From positions 1,216,001-1,280,000 of the forward strand of contig CBDFJQ010000002.1 of assembly GCA_965248575.1 (NCBI GenBank): a stretch of DNA of 64,000 nt. Direction: 5' to 3'. The notes beneath the pieces are model-generated. The model ran no database searches. It had not been told where the DNA came from and saw only the letters and a list, made by a program, of their open reading frames with translations. Below are positions 49,696 to 59,018 of this stretch, one piece after another (positions within the stretch are counted from its first letter, which is position 1; each line of letters opens with the position of its first letter). The translations under genes and the position numbers were made by a program. The stretch comes from Planctomycetota bacterium (lineage in GTDB: Bacteria > Planctomycetota > B15-G4).

Positions 49696-52566
49696 TCAGC
49701 GCGTCGACGAGGCCTTGGTCGCAGCGAGCGACTCACGCGCTTCCTCTTGCAAGCTTTCGAGTTCCTCGTCGACAAGCCCGCCCAAGGCGCTGCCCGCTCC
49801 TCCGGCGGAGGGAACCTGGTCGGCGCGCATGCCCAGAACCAAGAGCCATTGCGCACGAGCGAGTTCCGTCGACCCAGCCTCGGAATACAGGCGCGCCAAC
49901 TGCATGCGCGGGCTCGGCGAGTACGGATCGATGCTCACCATCTGCTCGTACATGGCTTGCGCCAAAGGCACATCGTTCGCGTCGAGGGCCTCGCGTGCCA
50001 GGGTCCGTCGCGGCTCCAGCGCTGTCTCGTCGTAGCGGCAGACGGAGCGCAGCACATCGAGCCACTGCTCGCGTTCTTGCTCGTCGGTTTGATCCAACTC
50101 TTCATAGAGCAAGAGCAGCGCGCCCTGGTCCGAGATGTCGCCGGGATACAGCGCTCGTGCGCGGCGCAAGAGATCCAAGGCTTCGTCACGCTCGCCGCGC
50201 GCCAGCAGGATGCGCCCGAGTTGCACCAGGCCATCCGCCTCCAGTTGTTCCGTGTCTGCCAGCTCTTGGAGTTTCACCCGCGCTTCATCCAGGGAACCGG
50301 AACGCAAGGCGATGGCCGCCTCCAAGCGCAGGATCCCGGGCGTCTCGCCCAGCTTCTGCTTGGCCCGACGCAGCGTGCTGTCCCGATCCACGACCTGCCC
50401 CATGTCGTGATAGGCAGAAGCCAGGTCAACAAGGGCAGCTGCATCGCCTTTCATGGCCCGCTTGCGCAGGGCGTCCTTGGCCCGCGGCCCGAGGGCTGGA
50501 CGGATCGCGGCACGACCTCCGACCTCCTCATCGATGAAGGCGAGCAGCAGGGCATCGAGTTCTTCTGCTTCGATGCCCAGAACCGCCTTGACGACCTGCC
50601 GGGTCGAGCTGCCGTCTGCGTACGCCGCCACCATGTCCACCAAGGCCTGGAAGCCGAACTCCCGCTCGACAACCTCGCAGACCAGGCTTCCGAGGTAGTA
50701 ACCCAGCATGACGGTAGCGCCGTCCTGGAAGGCTTCATCCAAGCGCGTGACCGGGAAGACAAGCTCGTTCGCCCGCGCGTTCAAGACCTCCCGCTCGAGG
50801 GGGCGAGTCCAAGCAGGGTTGGCCTTGCGCTCTTCCACCACGCTCACGCCCTCGCTCAACCAACGCGGCAAACGCTGCTTCGAGAGGCCGAGGGTGACGA
50901 CATGCGCATACTCGTGGACGGCCGTTTGCTCCCAATGGAATCGTCGCCGCATCTCGCTGATGGGTGAGACCAGCGTGACGACATTGCCGAAGCAGGCTCC
51001 CACGGCGAAGAAGCCCTCGAAGCCCACGGTGCGCGCCGAGAAGTCTGCGTGCACATCAAAGACCTCCACAAGCACCTCCCCCTCCGGCTCGAAGCCCCAG
51101 CGACGGGCGAGGTCTTCCCGCGCCGCATCGAGCACGTCGGGCAGTAGCTCGCCGAGCACATGCTGTTCACCGGGCGGCAAACGGATGCGGAAGCCGGACT
51201 CCGTCTTCAACTCTGCGGTGTCCGCCAGCCGGCGCAACACCTCAAGCATGTTCTCTCGCCAAGGGAAGGGGAATGGGCTGCGGCCCCGGTGTTCCTCAAG
51301 CGCGGCACGCGCCTCTTCTTCACGACCCAGGTGCGCCAGGCTCTGGGCGAGTATCGAAAGCGGGCTTTCGTCCCCCGGCTCCAGCCGCAAGGCGCGCTCC
51401 AGCGGCTCCAGGGATTCGCCGAAGCGATAGTGCTCCTGCAGCACACGGCCGAGAAGTGCGTCGAGGTGAGCGCTCTCCGGGTGCGCCCGGGCGAAGTCCT
51501 CGCGCGCCTTGACGGCATCCTCCGTGCGACGCGAGACAGCCAGGGCCGTCGCACGCAGCGCGAGCCCCCCCCGATGTCGAGGGTTGTCGAGCAGCACCCG
51601 ATCCGCCACCGACAGCGCCGCATTCACCCGACGAGCTTGGAGCAGCATCTCGCCGCGGATGACGTTGGCTTCAGGATGTCCAGGGTCCCGGCTCAGGGCT
51701 CGGTCCAAGGCCTCGTTCGCCGCACGCCCGTTGCTGCCATAGCGATAGACCTTCGCCTTCACCGTCAAGGCATCGGCATGCCCCGAGTCCACGGCGAGCA
51801 CTTCGTTCAAGGCCGACAAGGTCTTGTCCAAGCCACCTTGTCCGCTCTGGCGCGTTGCGTGATAGACCTCACCCAGCAAGACGATCACCGAGGGGGCCGA
51901 CAGGCGGTAGGTGGGGCCGCGCTTGCCGTTGAGCTCAGCATCCGCCAGCACAAGGGCCTGGTTCGCCACTTCGAACTTGCGCTGCACCATGTACAGCCAC
52001 GCCAGATCCACCAAGCCCTTGCCATCCAACTCGCGGTCATCGATGGCGCGCGTAGCCTGGGCGGCGCGGGCCAAGGACTCCTGGAGCTGGCCGAGGCCCT
52101 GCATGGCCGCCACCTCCAGGCGCGCGGACGCGACCTCTGGCAACGTCTTGCTCCGTGCGAGTTCCAAGGCCTCTTCATAGCGACCACGACGCAACAGAAC
52201 CTGGGCCATCAAGACCGCATCGGGCTCGTTGACCATGGCCAGATGCCGCTCGACATCGTCCAGCTCACCCCGGGACAAGGCCGCAGTCGCCGCCAACTGG
52301 CGCGCTCGGGAGGAGGCAGGGAAATCCAGGAGGTAGTCATCCAGCTCTTGCTTCGCCGAATGACTCCCGCCGCGCCGGAAGTCCTTGGCCAGCTCCTCGA
52401 GAAAAGCGAGGTCTTCCGCTGACTCCTGCTCGTCGAACTGGGCGGCGGCGCGAGGCGAGGCCGGTGCTAGGCAGGCCGTTGCGCTCCCACTCGACAGGAA
52501 CCCGAAGGCGACGAGCGACAGCCCGAGCACGGCAAGCGTCCTACGTCCTTGCGATGTGATCACCAT
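49696..52566 (-). CDS. Secreted TPR-repeat protein with a central gluzincin (peptidase MA-like) domain
   Basis: Signal peptide; TPR arrays on both sides of AVHEYAHVV...PRWLSEG (HExxH plus downstream E). Confidence 0.88.
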   Translation of the reverse strand: MVITSQGRRTLAVLGLSLVAFGFLSSGSATACLAPASPRAAAQFDEQESAEDLAFLEELAKDFRRGGSHSAKQELDDYLLDFPASSRARQLAATAALSRGELDDVERHLAMVNEPDAVLMAQVLLRRGRYEEALELARSKTLPEVASARLEVAAMQGLGQLQESLARAAQATRAIDDRELDGKGLVDLAWLYMVQRKFEVANQALVLADAELNGKRGPTYRLSAPSVIVLLGEVYHATRQSGQGGLDKTLSALNEVLAVDSGHADALTVKAKVYRYGSNGRAANEALDRALSRDPGHPEANVIRGEMLLQARRVNAALSVADRVLLDNPRHRGGLALRATALAVSRRTEDAVKAREDFARAHPESAHLDALLGRVLQEHYRFGESLEPLERALRLEPGDESPLSILAQSLAHLGREEEARAALEEHRGRSPFPFPWRENMLEVLRRLADTAELKTESGFRIRLPPGEQHVLGELLPDVLDAAREDLARRWGFEPEGEVLVEVFDVHADFSARTVGFEGFFAVGACFGNVVTLVSPISEMRRRFHWEQTAVHEYAHVVTLGLSKQRLPRWLSEGVSVVEERKANPAWTRPLEREVLNARANELVFPVTRLDEAFQDGATVMLGYYLGSLVCEVVEREFGFQALVDMVAAYADGSSTRQVVKAVLGIEAEELDALLLAFIDEEVGGRAAIRPALGPRAKDALRKRAMKGDAAALVDLASAYHDMGQVVDRDSTLRRAKQKLGETPGILRLEAAIALRSGSLDEARVKLQELADTEQLEADGLVQLGRILLARGERDEALDLLRRARALYPGDISDQGALLLLYEELDQTDEQEREQWLDVLRSVCRYDETALEPRRTLAREALDANDVPLAQAMYEQMVSIDPYSPSPRMQLARLYSEAGSTELARAQWLLVLGMRADQVPSAGGAGSALGGLVDEELESLQEEARESLAATKASSTR

Positions 52567-53756
52567 TGTCGCAGACGATCAGCGGCCTCGCGGCAACGGT
52601 CAAGCGACGGCACCATGGCGAAGCGCACCATGCCGTCTCCGGGCTGCCGCGACACACCCACCACAGGGTCAGCCAACCACTCGCCCGGCATCACCGCCAG
52701 GCCCGGTGACTCCGTCAACAACTGGCGCGCATACTCCAGGCCTGTCAGCCCGTCCGGAACCGCCACCCAGAGGAAGAACCCAGCCTCAGGTCTGGGGACT
52801 TGGCAGCCGCGGCTCTCGAGCACGGGCCTCAAGACATCGATCCGCCGGCCATACTCCTCGCGTGCCTGTGCCGGGGCACGCTCGTCGGCCAACGCCGCGA
52901 TGGCCGCGTCTTGAATGAAGGCCGGGGTGCCCGAGTCGATGTTCAGTTTCAACTGTCGGTAGGTGCTCACGGCCTCGGGGTCGCCGGCCACGAAGCCAAC
53001 CCGGTAGCCCGTCATGGCGGCGCGCTTGCTGAGCGACTGGAACACGAGCACACCGTCCGAGCCCGTTTCCAAGGCCGAGTGCACAGGATCCCCAAGCCAG
53101 AGCTCGCTGTAGGCCTCATCCGAGCAGAGCAGCACCCCCCGCTCGCGGCACTGGTCAGCCAAGCGTTGCAAGGCAGCCAGCGACGCCGCCCTCCCAGTAG
53201 GGACATGGGGCTGAGTGATCCAGACGACCTTCAGCGCGGCGGTGTCCTCTGCATCCAGCTCGTCCAGGTCCGGCAGGGTCGACCCTTCACTTGAGACGGC
53301 ATAGGTCACGACCCGACCGCCCGCCAGGGCAGTGCCTCGCCCGTACGGCGGGTAGCCCGGCGACGGCACCAACACCACCTCACCGGGGTCGACAAAGGCG
53401 AGCGGCAGATGGAAGACGGCTTCCTTGCTGCCCACGCTCGAGGTGACTCCTGACGTCGGATCCACACGCACGCCGTGGCGACGATCGAACCATGCTGCAG
53501 CTGCTGCACGAAACTCCGGGCTCCCGTGATAGGAGGGATAGCCGGACCGCCGATGCTTCTCGAGACCGTCGCGGGCAGCGTCGAGCACGACATCCGGAGT
53601 GGGCTCCGTCGGATCGCCAACCCCGAAGTCGATGACGTCCACGCCGGCCGCCCGTTGCTCATCCCGCAGGCGATCCAGCTCATCAAAGGCATAGCCGGAC
53701 AGTGCCGCGAGTCGTTGCGCTGGACGAGCCGCGCGCCTAGGCCTTGGGCCAGTCAT
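52560..53756 (-). CDS. PLP-dependent class I/II aminotransferase (DapC/DapL-like)
   Basis: IDFGVGDP, GSKEAVFH, PGYPPY, SDEAYSE, SLSKRAAMTGYRVGF. Confidence 0.88.
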   Translation of the reverse strand: MTGPRPRRAARPAQRLAALSGYAFDELDRLRDEQRAAGVDVIDFGVGDPTEPTPDVVLDAARDGLEKHRRSGYPSYHGSPEFRAAAAAWFDRRHGVRVDPTSGVTSSVGSKEAVFHLPLAFVDPGEVVLVPSPGYPPYGRGTALAGGRVVTYAVSSEGSTLPDLDELDAEDTAALKVVWITQPHVPTGRAASLAALQRLADQCRERGVLLCSDEAYSELWLGDPVHSALETGSDGVLVFQSLSKRAAMTGYRVGFVAGDPEAVSTYRQLKLNIDSGTPAFIQDAAIAALADERAPAQAREEYGRRIDVLRPVLESRGCQVPRPEAGFFLWVAVPDGLTGLEYARQLLTESPGLAVMPGEWLADPVVGVSRQPGDGMVRFAMVPSLDRCREAADRLRQW

Positions 53757-53812
53757 CGAAAGGAAGCCTCCACGGAAGAATCAAGGTGATCGACACGCGC
53801 TAGAGCGCGCCT

Positions 53813-54223
53813 TCATGGATGCTCAGCGATCCATTCCTCACCATCCGAATAGCGTTCCTTCTTCCAGATCGGAACGCGTTCCTTGAGCGTGTCGATGAGC
53901 CAGCGACAGGCGGCGAAGGCCTCCGGACGATGCACGGCCGAGACGGCGATGGCGACTGCCGCATCTCCGATCTCCAGTCGCCCCACCCGATGCACGAGCG
54001 CGACCTTGACGGCCCCCTTCTCGCGGCAGGCCACCTCCGCAAGGGCCTTCATTTCTGCCTCGGCCATGGACCCATACGCCTCGTAGTCGAGGCGCGTCAC
54101 ATCGCGGGCCCGTGAGTGGTTGCGAACGCGCCCTACAAAAAGGGTCACGGCCCCCTCGCCCTCCCCCTCGACACTGCGCAAGACTGCATCCAGGTCGATG
54201 GCATCGGCTGTGACCTGGATCAT
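53813..54223 (-). CDS. moaE: Molybdopterin synthase catalytic subunit
   Basis: GAVTLFVGRVRN, LDYEAY, HRVGRL, SAVHRPEAF, LKERVPIWKKE. Confidence 0.96.
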   Translation of the reverse strand: MIQVTADAIDLDAVLRSVEGEGEGAVTLFVGRVRNHSRARDVTRLDYEAYGSMAEAEMKALAEVACREKGAVKVALVHRVGRLEIGDAAVAIAVSAVHRPEAFAACRWLIDTLKERVPIWKKERYSDGEEWIAEHP

Positions 54224-54224
54224 T

Positions 54225-54458
54225 TCAGCCTCCCGAGACCGGGGGAATCAGCGCGATCTCATCCTCGCAACGGACAGGAGACTCGTCCGCCACGTAGCTC
54301 TGATTGACCGCGACGCGATAGCTCGCCCCCTGAAGGGCGGGCCAGCGCGACTCGAGCTCGCACTTCAGCTCCTCGACGGTCTGAGGCCACGGTGCCTGCA
54401 AGAGAAGGCTGGATTCCTTGAGCAGCTCTGCCAGGCCTGCGAACAAGAGGATGCGCAT
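54225..54458 (-). CDS. moaD: Molybdopterin synthase sulfur carrier subunit
   Basis: LLFAGLAE, VAVNQSY, EIALIPPVSGG C-terminal Gly-Gly; directly upstream of moaE. Confidence 0.93.
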   Translation of the reverse strand: MRILLFAGLAELLKESSLLLQAPWPQTVEELKCELESRWPALQGASYRVAVNQSYVADESPVRCEDEIALIPPVSGG

Positions 54459-54507
54459 CTTCCCAGTCGAGTTGCTGGCCGAGGTGCTAGCCGAGGGGTC
54501 GGCCACG

Positions 54508-54975
54508 TCAGAAGGGAACTTCGTCGAAGCCTTCCATGCCGCCACTCTGGTCGAATCCACCAGACTGTGGTTGCTGTTGCTGCTGGGGAGGCGCGCCGCG
54601 ACTTGCACCGCCGCCGCCACCACCACCGGCACCGTCCTTGCGACCACCCACGAACTCGAAATTCTCTCCCGTGACGGAGAGCTTGCTGCGCTTCTCCCCT
54701 TCCTTGGTCTGCCATTGGCGGAAGGACAGGCGACCCTCGATGAAGATGGGGTCACCGCGATGGAAGTATTGGGCCACGACCTCGCCCTTACGCCCCCAGA
54801 ACGACACGTCGACGAAGGTCACCTCTTCCTTCTTCTCGCCACCAGGTCCACCCACCGTGTAGGTGCGGTTGGACGCGATGCCCACTTCGGTGACCGCTTG
54901 CCCGCTGGGCAGGGTCCGGACTTCGGGATCCCGGGTCAGGTTTCCCATCAGCAGGACTTTGTTGTAACTCGCCAT
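54508..54975 (-). CDS. ssb: Single-stranded DNA-binding protein
   Basis: NKVLLMGNLTRDPEVR, IFIEGRL, Gly/Gln linker, C-terminal DEVPF. Confidence 0.97.
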   Translation of the reverse strand: MASYNKVLLMGNLTRDPEVRTLPSGQAVTEVGIASNRTYTVGGPGGEKKEEVTFVDVSFWGRKGEVVAQYFHRGDPIFIEGRLSFRQWQTKEGEKRSKLSVTGENFEFVGGRKDGAGGGGGGGASRGAPPQQQQQPQSGGFDQSGGMEGFDEVPF

Positions 54976-55025
54976 CGGTGTCTTCCTCTCTGCGGGGTCT
55001 GTGCGGGATCACCGCTGAGACCCAG

Positions 55026-55058
55026 GTCTCGTGATTGTCTCGTGATTGTCTCGTGACT
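55026..55058. repeat. 11-bp direct tandem repeat x3 upstream of ssb
   Basis: GTCTCGTGATT GTCTCGTGATT GTCTCGTGACT, plus a fourth TCGTGA core at 55063. Confidence 0.9.
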
Positions 55059-55328
55059 GAAATCGTGAAGCGGAACCAGGGCAGGGCCCAGTCAGGCTCG
55101 GACCCCATCCGGCAGATGGAGCCCGTGAAAGGGCCTTGGACCCGCCCGACAAGACGGCCAGCTCAGCTGGTCGCTTGCCGTATCCGGCTCATTGTATGGA
55201 CAGTGTTCCCTGCATTCCTCCCCCCCGTCCATCCTGCGGTCTGGAATTTCGGCCGGACGGTCGTACTGTGACGGACACGATCGCGCGACGTGACGCGAGT
55301 TGCCACCTCCTTGGCCCCGGATGGACCC

Positions 55329-55691
55329 ATGACCGACAACAAGCGCTCCCTGGAACGCCGCCTGCACACCCGCTTCAACCTGGACGGCGTCGTCGACCTG
55401 GGCACGGGCGCCAAGGGCGCCGCCGTGCTCCGGGACATCAGTATGTCGGGCCTGGCGTGCCTTTCACCCGCAGCCTTTGACGAAATGGCCATCCTCGAGA
55501 TCAACATCAAACTGCCCATGGAGAGCCAGGAGCCAATGGACTTCAAGGCCGGGGGCGCCGTGGTCCGCAGCGAGCAGCAAGGGGATCAGTACCTGGTGGC
55601 GGTGTTCTTCACGCACATGGATGACGCCAATCGCCAGGCGCTGGAGAGCTTCATCGCGGCCAAGGGCGACGACGACAAGGTCCAGAGCTGA
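55329..55691 (+). CDS. Stand-alone PilZ-domain protein (c-di-GMP receptor)
   Basis: ERRLHTRF (RxxxR) and DISMSG (D/NxSxxG); GAVVR, VAVFF. Confidence 0.88.
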   Translation: MTDNKRSLERRLHTRFNLDGVVDLGTGAKGAAVLRDISMSGLACLSPAAFDEMAILEINIKLPMESQEPMDFKAGGAVVRSEQQGDQYLVAVFFTHMDDANRQALESFIAAKGDDDKVQS

Positions 55692-55734
55692 GGCTGGAGG
55701 CCTTCCGGGGCTCCCCCGGGGTTCAGCTCGGGGT

Positions 55735-56646
55735 TCAGCTCGAACGCTGCGGAGCGCCCCGTGGGCGGGATGCCCGCACGACCCGGCCCGTGCCTGCCAG
55801 GTCCGGCGTCACGGCCACGCTCACCCAGCCCCGGGCGCGCAGCTGCCTGGACAGGGGCTCAGCCTGACCCTGACCCACCTCGGTCACGAGCCAACCGCCG
55901 GCCGTCAGGACCCGCTCGGCTTCGCAGATGAGGCCGGTGGAGTGCTGCTCGGGCGTTTCCGACTCGGGCACCAGGGCTCGCCGAGGTTCGTGGAGCCGTA
56001 CGTCCGCGTCGAGACCCGCATGCTCCTGCTCCCGGACATAGGGCGGGTTGGCCACCACGGCCGCCAGGGAAGCCGTTTGAAAGCACTTGAGGCAGTCGCC
56101 TTGGACCAGGTGCACCCGTCGGCGCAGGGCGCGCCTTGAACCGGGCTCCGGGACTCCCTCCAGCTCACCTCCCTGCATCCGATTGTGCTGCGCCACCTGC
56201 AGGGCTCCGGACGACAGCTCCACGCCCACGACGGTTGCAGCCACGTGCCCGGCCAGGGTCAGTGCCAGGGCACCGCTCCCCGTCCCGCGATCCACGATGG
56301 GGCCCTCGGGCAACTCGCCCGACTTCGAGAGCGCCAGCACCACATCCACGACATGTTCCGTCTCGGGCCGCGGGATGAGCACCCGCTCATCCACGAACAG
56401 TTCGAGGTCGTAGAAGGCGCGACGCCCCACCAGGTAGGCCACCGGCCGAGCCGTGCGGACCCGCTCGCCCACGAGGGCGCGGAAGCGCTCGACCTCCTGG
56501 CCCGAGACCAGTTCGACGGCGAACAGCGATGACCGCTCGACACCCAGGACGAAGGCCAGGAGCACCTCGGCTTCGAGCCGAGCGCCCGATCCATCACCGG
56601 CACGCTCCTGCAGAGCCTGGGCGGCCCACCGGAGCAGCTCGTTCAT
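55735..56646 (-). CDS. prmC: Release factor glutamine methyltransferase
   Basis: PVAYLVG, VLIPRPETE, DRGTGSGAL, VANPPYV, HEPRRAL. Confidence 0.95.
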   Translation of the reverse strand: MNELLRWAAQALQERAGDGSGARLEAEVLLAFVLGVERSSLFAVELVSGQEVERFRALVGERVRTARPVAYLVGRRAFYDLELFVDERVLIPRPETEHVVDVVLALSKSGELPEGPIVDRGTGSGALALTLAGHVAATVVGVELSSGALQVAQHNRMQGGELEGVPEPGSRRALRRRVHLVQGDCLKCFQTASLAAVVANPPYVREQEHAGLDADVRLHEPRRALVPESETPEQHSTGLICEAERVLTAGGWLVTEVGQGQAEPLSRQLRARGWVSVAVTPDLAGTGRVVRASRPRGAPQRSS

Positions 56647-56672
56647 GGCACCTCGCTCAAGGCCAGAAGCCG

Positions 56673-57596
56673 TCAGCGGCGACGACTCCGTGAGCGGCTG
56701 GACTTGGCCGGTTCGGAATCGGCCTTGCTCGCCCCGTCGTCGGCGACTGCATCACCCTTTTCGTCGCTGGTGGAGGAGGCAGCGGCTTCGTCGGCCTGCT
56801 TGCCCTTCTTCTTGTCCTTGGCCTTCGACTTGTCCTTGCCCTTGCCCTTGGAGTCCGGCGCACCCTTGTCGCGTGCTCCACGGCGAGCGGCACCCTTGTC
56901 GTCCTTCTTGGTGTAGACCTTGCCCAGCAGGAACAGGAAACCGACGGCCACGAAGCCAGAACCGGCGAGGGTCAGCATCACGCCGCTGCCCGCCACCTCG
57001 AACAGCTCGCCGATCTTGTCTAGCGCGCTCTCCGACTCCAGCTTGTCCCAGGCATCCAGGGTTCGCATCAGCGACACGGCGGCGGGCTCAAGCATCAGGA
57101 AGACGGGCAGGATCTTCTGCCGCCTGGTGTAGATGCCGTAGCAGGAGGAGAAGAGCAGGTACAGGCCCAGCAGCAGGGAGATGGCGCCGGCGGGCGTCTC
57201 GTAGCCAGCGACACCGGGCATGCTCCGAACCACTTCCACCAGCGCACCGTCAACGCCATTGGGGTCGGGCACCGTGTCCGTCACGGGTCCCCAGGGCAGC
57301 AGGCAGCCGATGACGACCATCAGGGCGCAGCCGAAGAAGCGGTACAGCTCCTTGTGCGCCGTTCCGGAGAAGAACACCGCGAGGAAGGAGGGCGGCGGCG
57401 GAGCAGCGGCGAACTGCCACACCCACTGGCCAGCACCAGGGTCGGTCCCCGAGTCGGCACCGGGGTCCGCACCGGGGTCGGCACTGGTGTCAGCGGCGGC
57501 GTCGCCAGACGCTGTCTCGGGAGCAGCCTCCGACACGAGCTCGAGTTCGAGTTCAGGTTCCGACTCGTGGTCCTTGTTGCTGTCAACGTCAGTCAC
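56673..57596 (-). CDS. Hypothetical membrane protein (about 4 TM) with acidic N-tail and basic C-tail
   Basis: Hydrophobic helices; ADPG-type repeats; Lys-rich tail; fills the prfA-prmC gap with 2-bp and 26-bp spacers. Confidence 0.7.
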   Translation of the reverse strand: MTDVDSNKDHESEPELELELVSEAAPETASGDAAADTSADPGADPGADSGTDPGAGQWVWQFAAAPPPPSFLAVFFSGTAHKELYRFFGCALMVVIGCLLPWGPVTDTVPDPNGVDGALVEVVRSMPGVAGYETPAGAISLLLGLYLLFSSCYGIYTRRQKILPVFLMLEPAAVSLMRTLDAWDKLESESALDKIGELFEVAGSGVMLTLAGSGFVAVGFLFLLGKVYTKKDDKGAARRGARDKGAPDSKGKGKDKSKAKDKKKGKQADEAAASSTSDEKGDAVADDGASKADSEPAKSSRSRSRRR

Positions 57597-57598
57597 GT

Positions 57599-58675
57599 TC
57601 AGGGGGCTCCTTCACCAAGCGCGGCGAGTTTCAACTCCATGTCACGGCACCGCAGATCCTCGACAAGGGTGTCGAGCTTGCCCAGGCCCACCGTATCGAG
57701 ACTGTAGTTCGTCTTGATCCGATGGTCCGTGACGCGGTTCTGCGGGTAGTTGTACGTCCGAATGCGCTCCGAACGATCCCCAGATCCTATCTGGGATCGA
57801 CGGGCTGTGTCCTGTTCGTCCTTGCGGGCCTGTTCCTGCGCCTCGTGTATGCGGGCCCGCAGCATGCGCATGGCCCGGGCCTTGTTCTTGTGCTGGCTGG
57901 ACTCATCCTGGCACTGCACCACCGTGTTTGTGGGCACGTGGGTGATCCGGACCGCGCTGGAGGTCTTGTTGACGTTCTGTCCACCGGGGCCGCTGGCACG
58001 GTAGGTATCGATGCGCAGGTCGCTGTCCTGGACCTCGACATCCACCTCGTCCACCTCCGCCAGGACCGCCACGGTCACGGCCGATGTGTGGATCCGGCCC
58101 TGAGCCTCCGTTTCGGGCACCCGCTGCACCCGATGCCCTCCGGCCTCGTAGCGAAACAGGTCCCAGGCCCGCTCGCCCGAGATGGAGAGCGTGATCTCCT
58201 TGTAGCCGCCCACCTCCGTGGGGTGACTGGTGAGCACCTCCTGCTTGAGCTTGTTGGCCTCGATGAAGCGGGAATAGATGCGCATCAGGTCAGCGACGAA
58301 GAGCGAGGCTTCGTCACCGCCGGCGCCTGCCCGGATCTCGAGCAGCACAGAGCGGCCTCGATTGGGCTCATCATCGACGATCTGCTGTCGCATCTCGTCG
58401 TTCATGAGCTGCTGGGCGGCCTCGACCTCGACGAGTTCCTCGCGAGCCATCTCCACCAGCTCGGCGTCGGTCTCCTCGTCGATCATCTCGCGCGCCTTCT
58501 GCGCGCGGTCTTCCAGGTCAGCCCAGCGGCCGTAGGCTTCGGCCTTCTCGCGCAAGGCACCCATCTCGCGCACCACGGCCGACATCCGCCCCGCCTGGTT
58601 GTGCAGGTCCGGATTCTGGAGCTCAGCCTCAAGCTCGTTGTAGCGCGTCGCACACTGTTTCAGACGGGAGAACAT
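57599..58675 (-). CDS. prfA: Peptide chain release factor 1
   Basis: [21 protein letters not shown] (PxT), [10 protein letters not shown] (GGQ), [14 protein letters not shown]. Confidence 0.97.
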   Translation of the reverse strand: MFSRLKQCATRYNELEAELQNPDLHNQAGRMSAVVREMGALREKAEAYGRWADLEDRAQKAREMIDEETDAELVEMAREELVEVEAAQQLMNDEMRQQIVDDEPNRGRSVLLEIRAGAGGDEASLFVADLMRIYSRFIEANKLKQEVLTSHPTEVGGYKEITLSISGERAWDLFRYEAGGHRVQRVPETEAQGRIHTSAVTVAVLAEVDEVDVEVQDSDLRIDTYRASGPGGQNVNKTSSAVRITHVPTNTVVQCQDESSQHKNKARAMRMLRARIHEAQEQARKDEQDTARRSQIGSGDRSERIRTYNYPQNRVTDHRIKTNYSLDTVGLGKLDTLVEDLRCRDMELKLAALGEGAP

Positions 58676-58702
58676 CTCGGCCCCGTCAGATGGCAGCGCG
58701 GA

Positions 58703-58930
58703 TCAGGATTCCGTCTTCGCGGCGTCTCCGCCACGGTTGCCGTAGCGACGACGGAACTTCTCGATGCGACCGGCGGTGTCCACGAACTTCTGCTGCCCCG
58801 TGTAGAAGGGGTGGCAGGCGCTGCAGATCTCGACGTTGATCTTCGGCTGCGTGGAGTGAGTCATGAAGACGCTGCCACAACCGCACGTCACCGTGCACTC
58901 GATGTAGTCGGGGTGAATTTCAGCCTTCAT
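58703..58930 (-). CDS. rpmE: 50S ribosomal protein L31 (zinc-binding type)
   Basis: [32 protein letters not shown]. Confidence 0.97.
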   Translation of the reverse strand: MKAEIHPDYIECTVTCGCGSVFMTHSTQPKINVEICSACHPFYTGQQKFVDTAGRIEKFRRRYGNRGGDAAKTES

Positions 58931-59018
58931 GACGCTCCTGACCTCTGGTTGATCGCCCCGGGAAGGAAACATTCCGCTCCGAAGCGAGCCCTGCATTCTA
59001 GGAAGCCTGCCCTGACGA

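Noticed and set aside
55026..55068. Possible CRISPR array
   Set aside because: Units are 11 bp, directly adjacent with no spacers, and no cas genes are present.
55060..55200. SRP RNA or 6S RNA in the ssb spacer
   Set aside because: No SRP domain IV motif (CAGG...GGAA...AGCAG) and no end-to-end pairing recognisable; kept only as a generic structured-leader candidate.
55717..55741. 12-bp duplication CGGGGTTCAGCT at the convergent ends of the PilZ gene and prmC
   Set aside because: Two copies only, overlapping the stop codon; most likely a local slippage duplication.
57599..58675. Programmed frameshift as in prfB
   Set aside because: The gene is RF1 (PxT motif) with a continuous frame.
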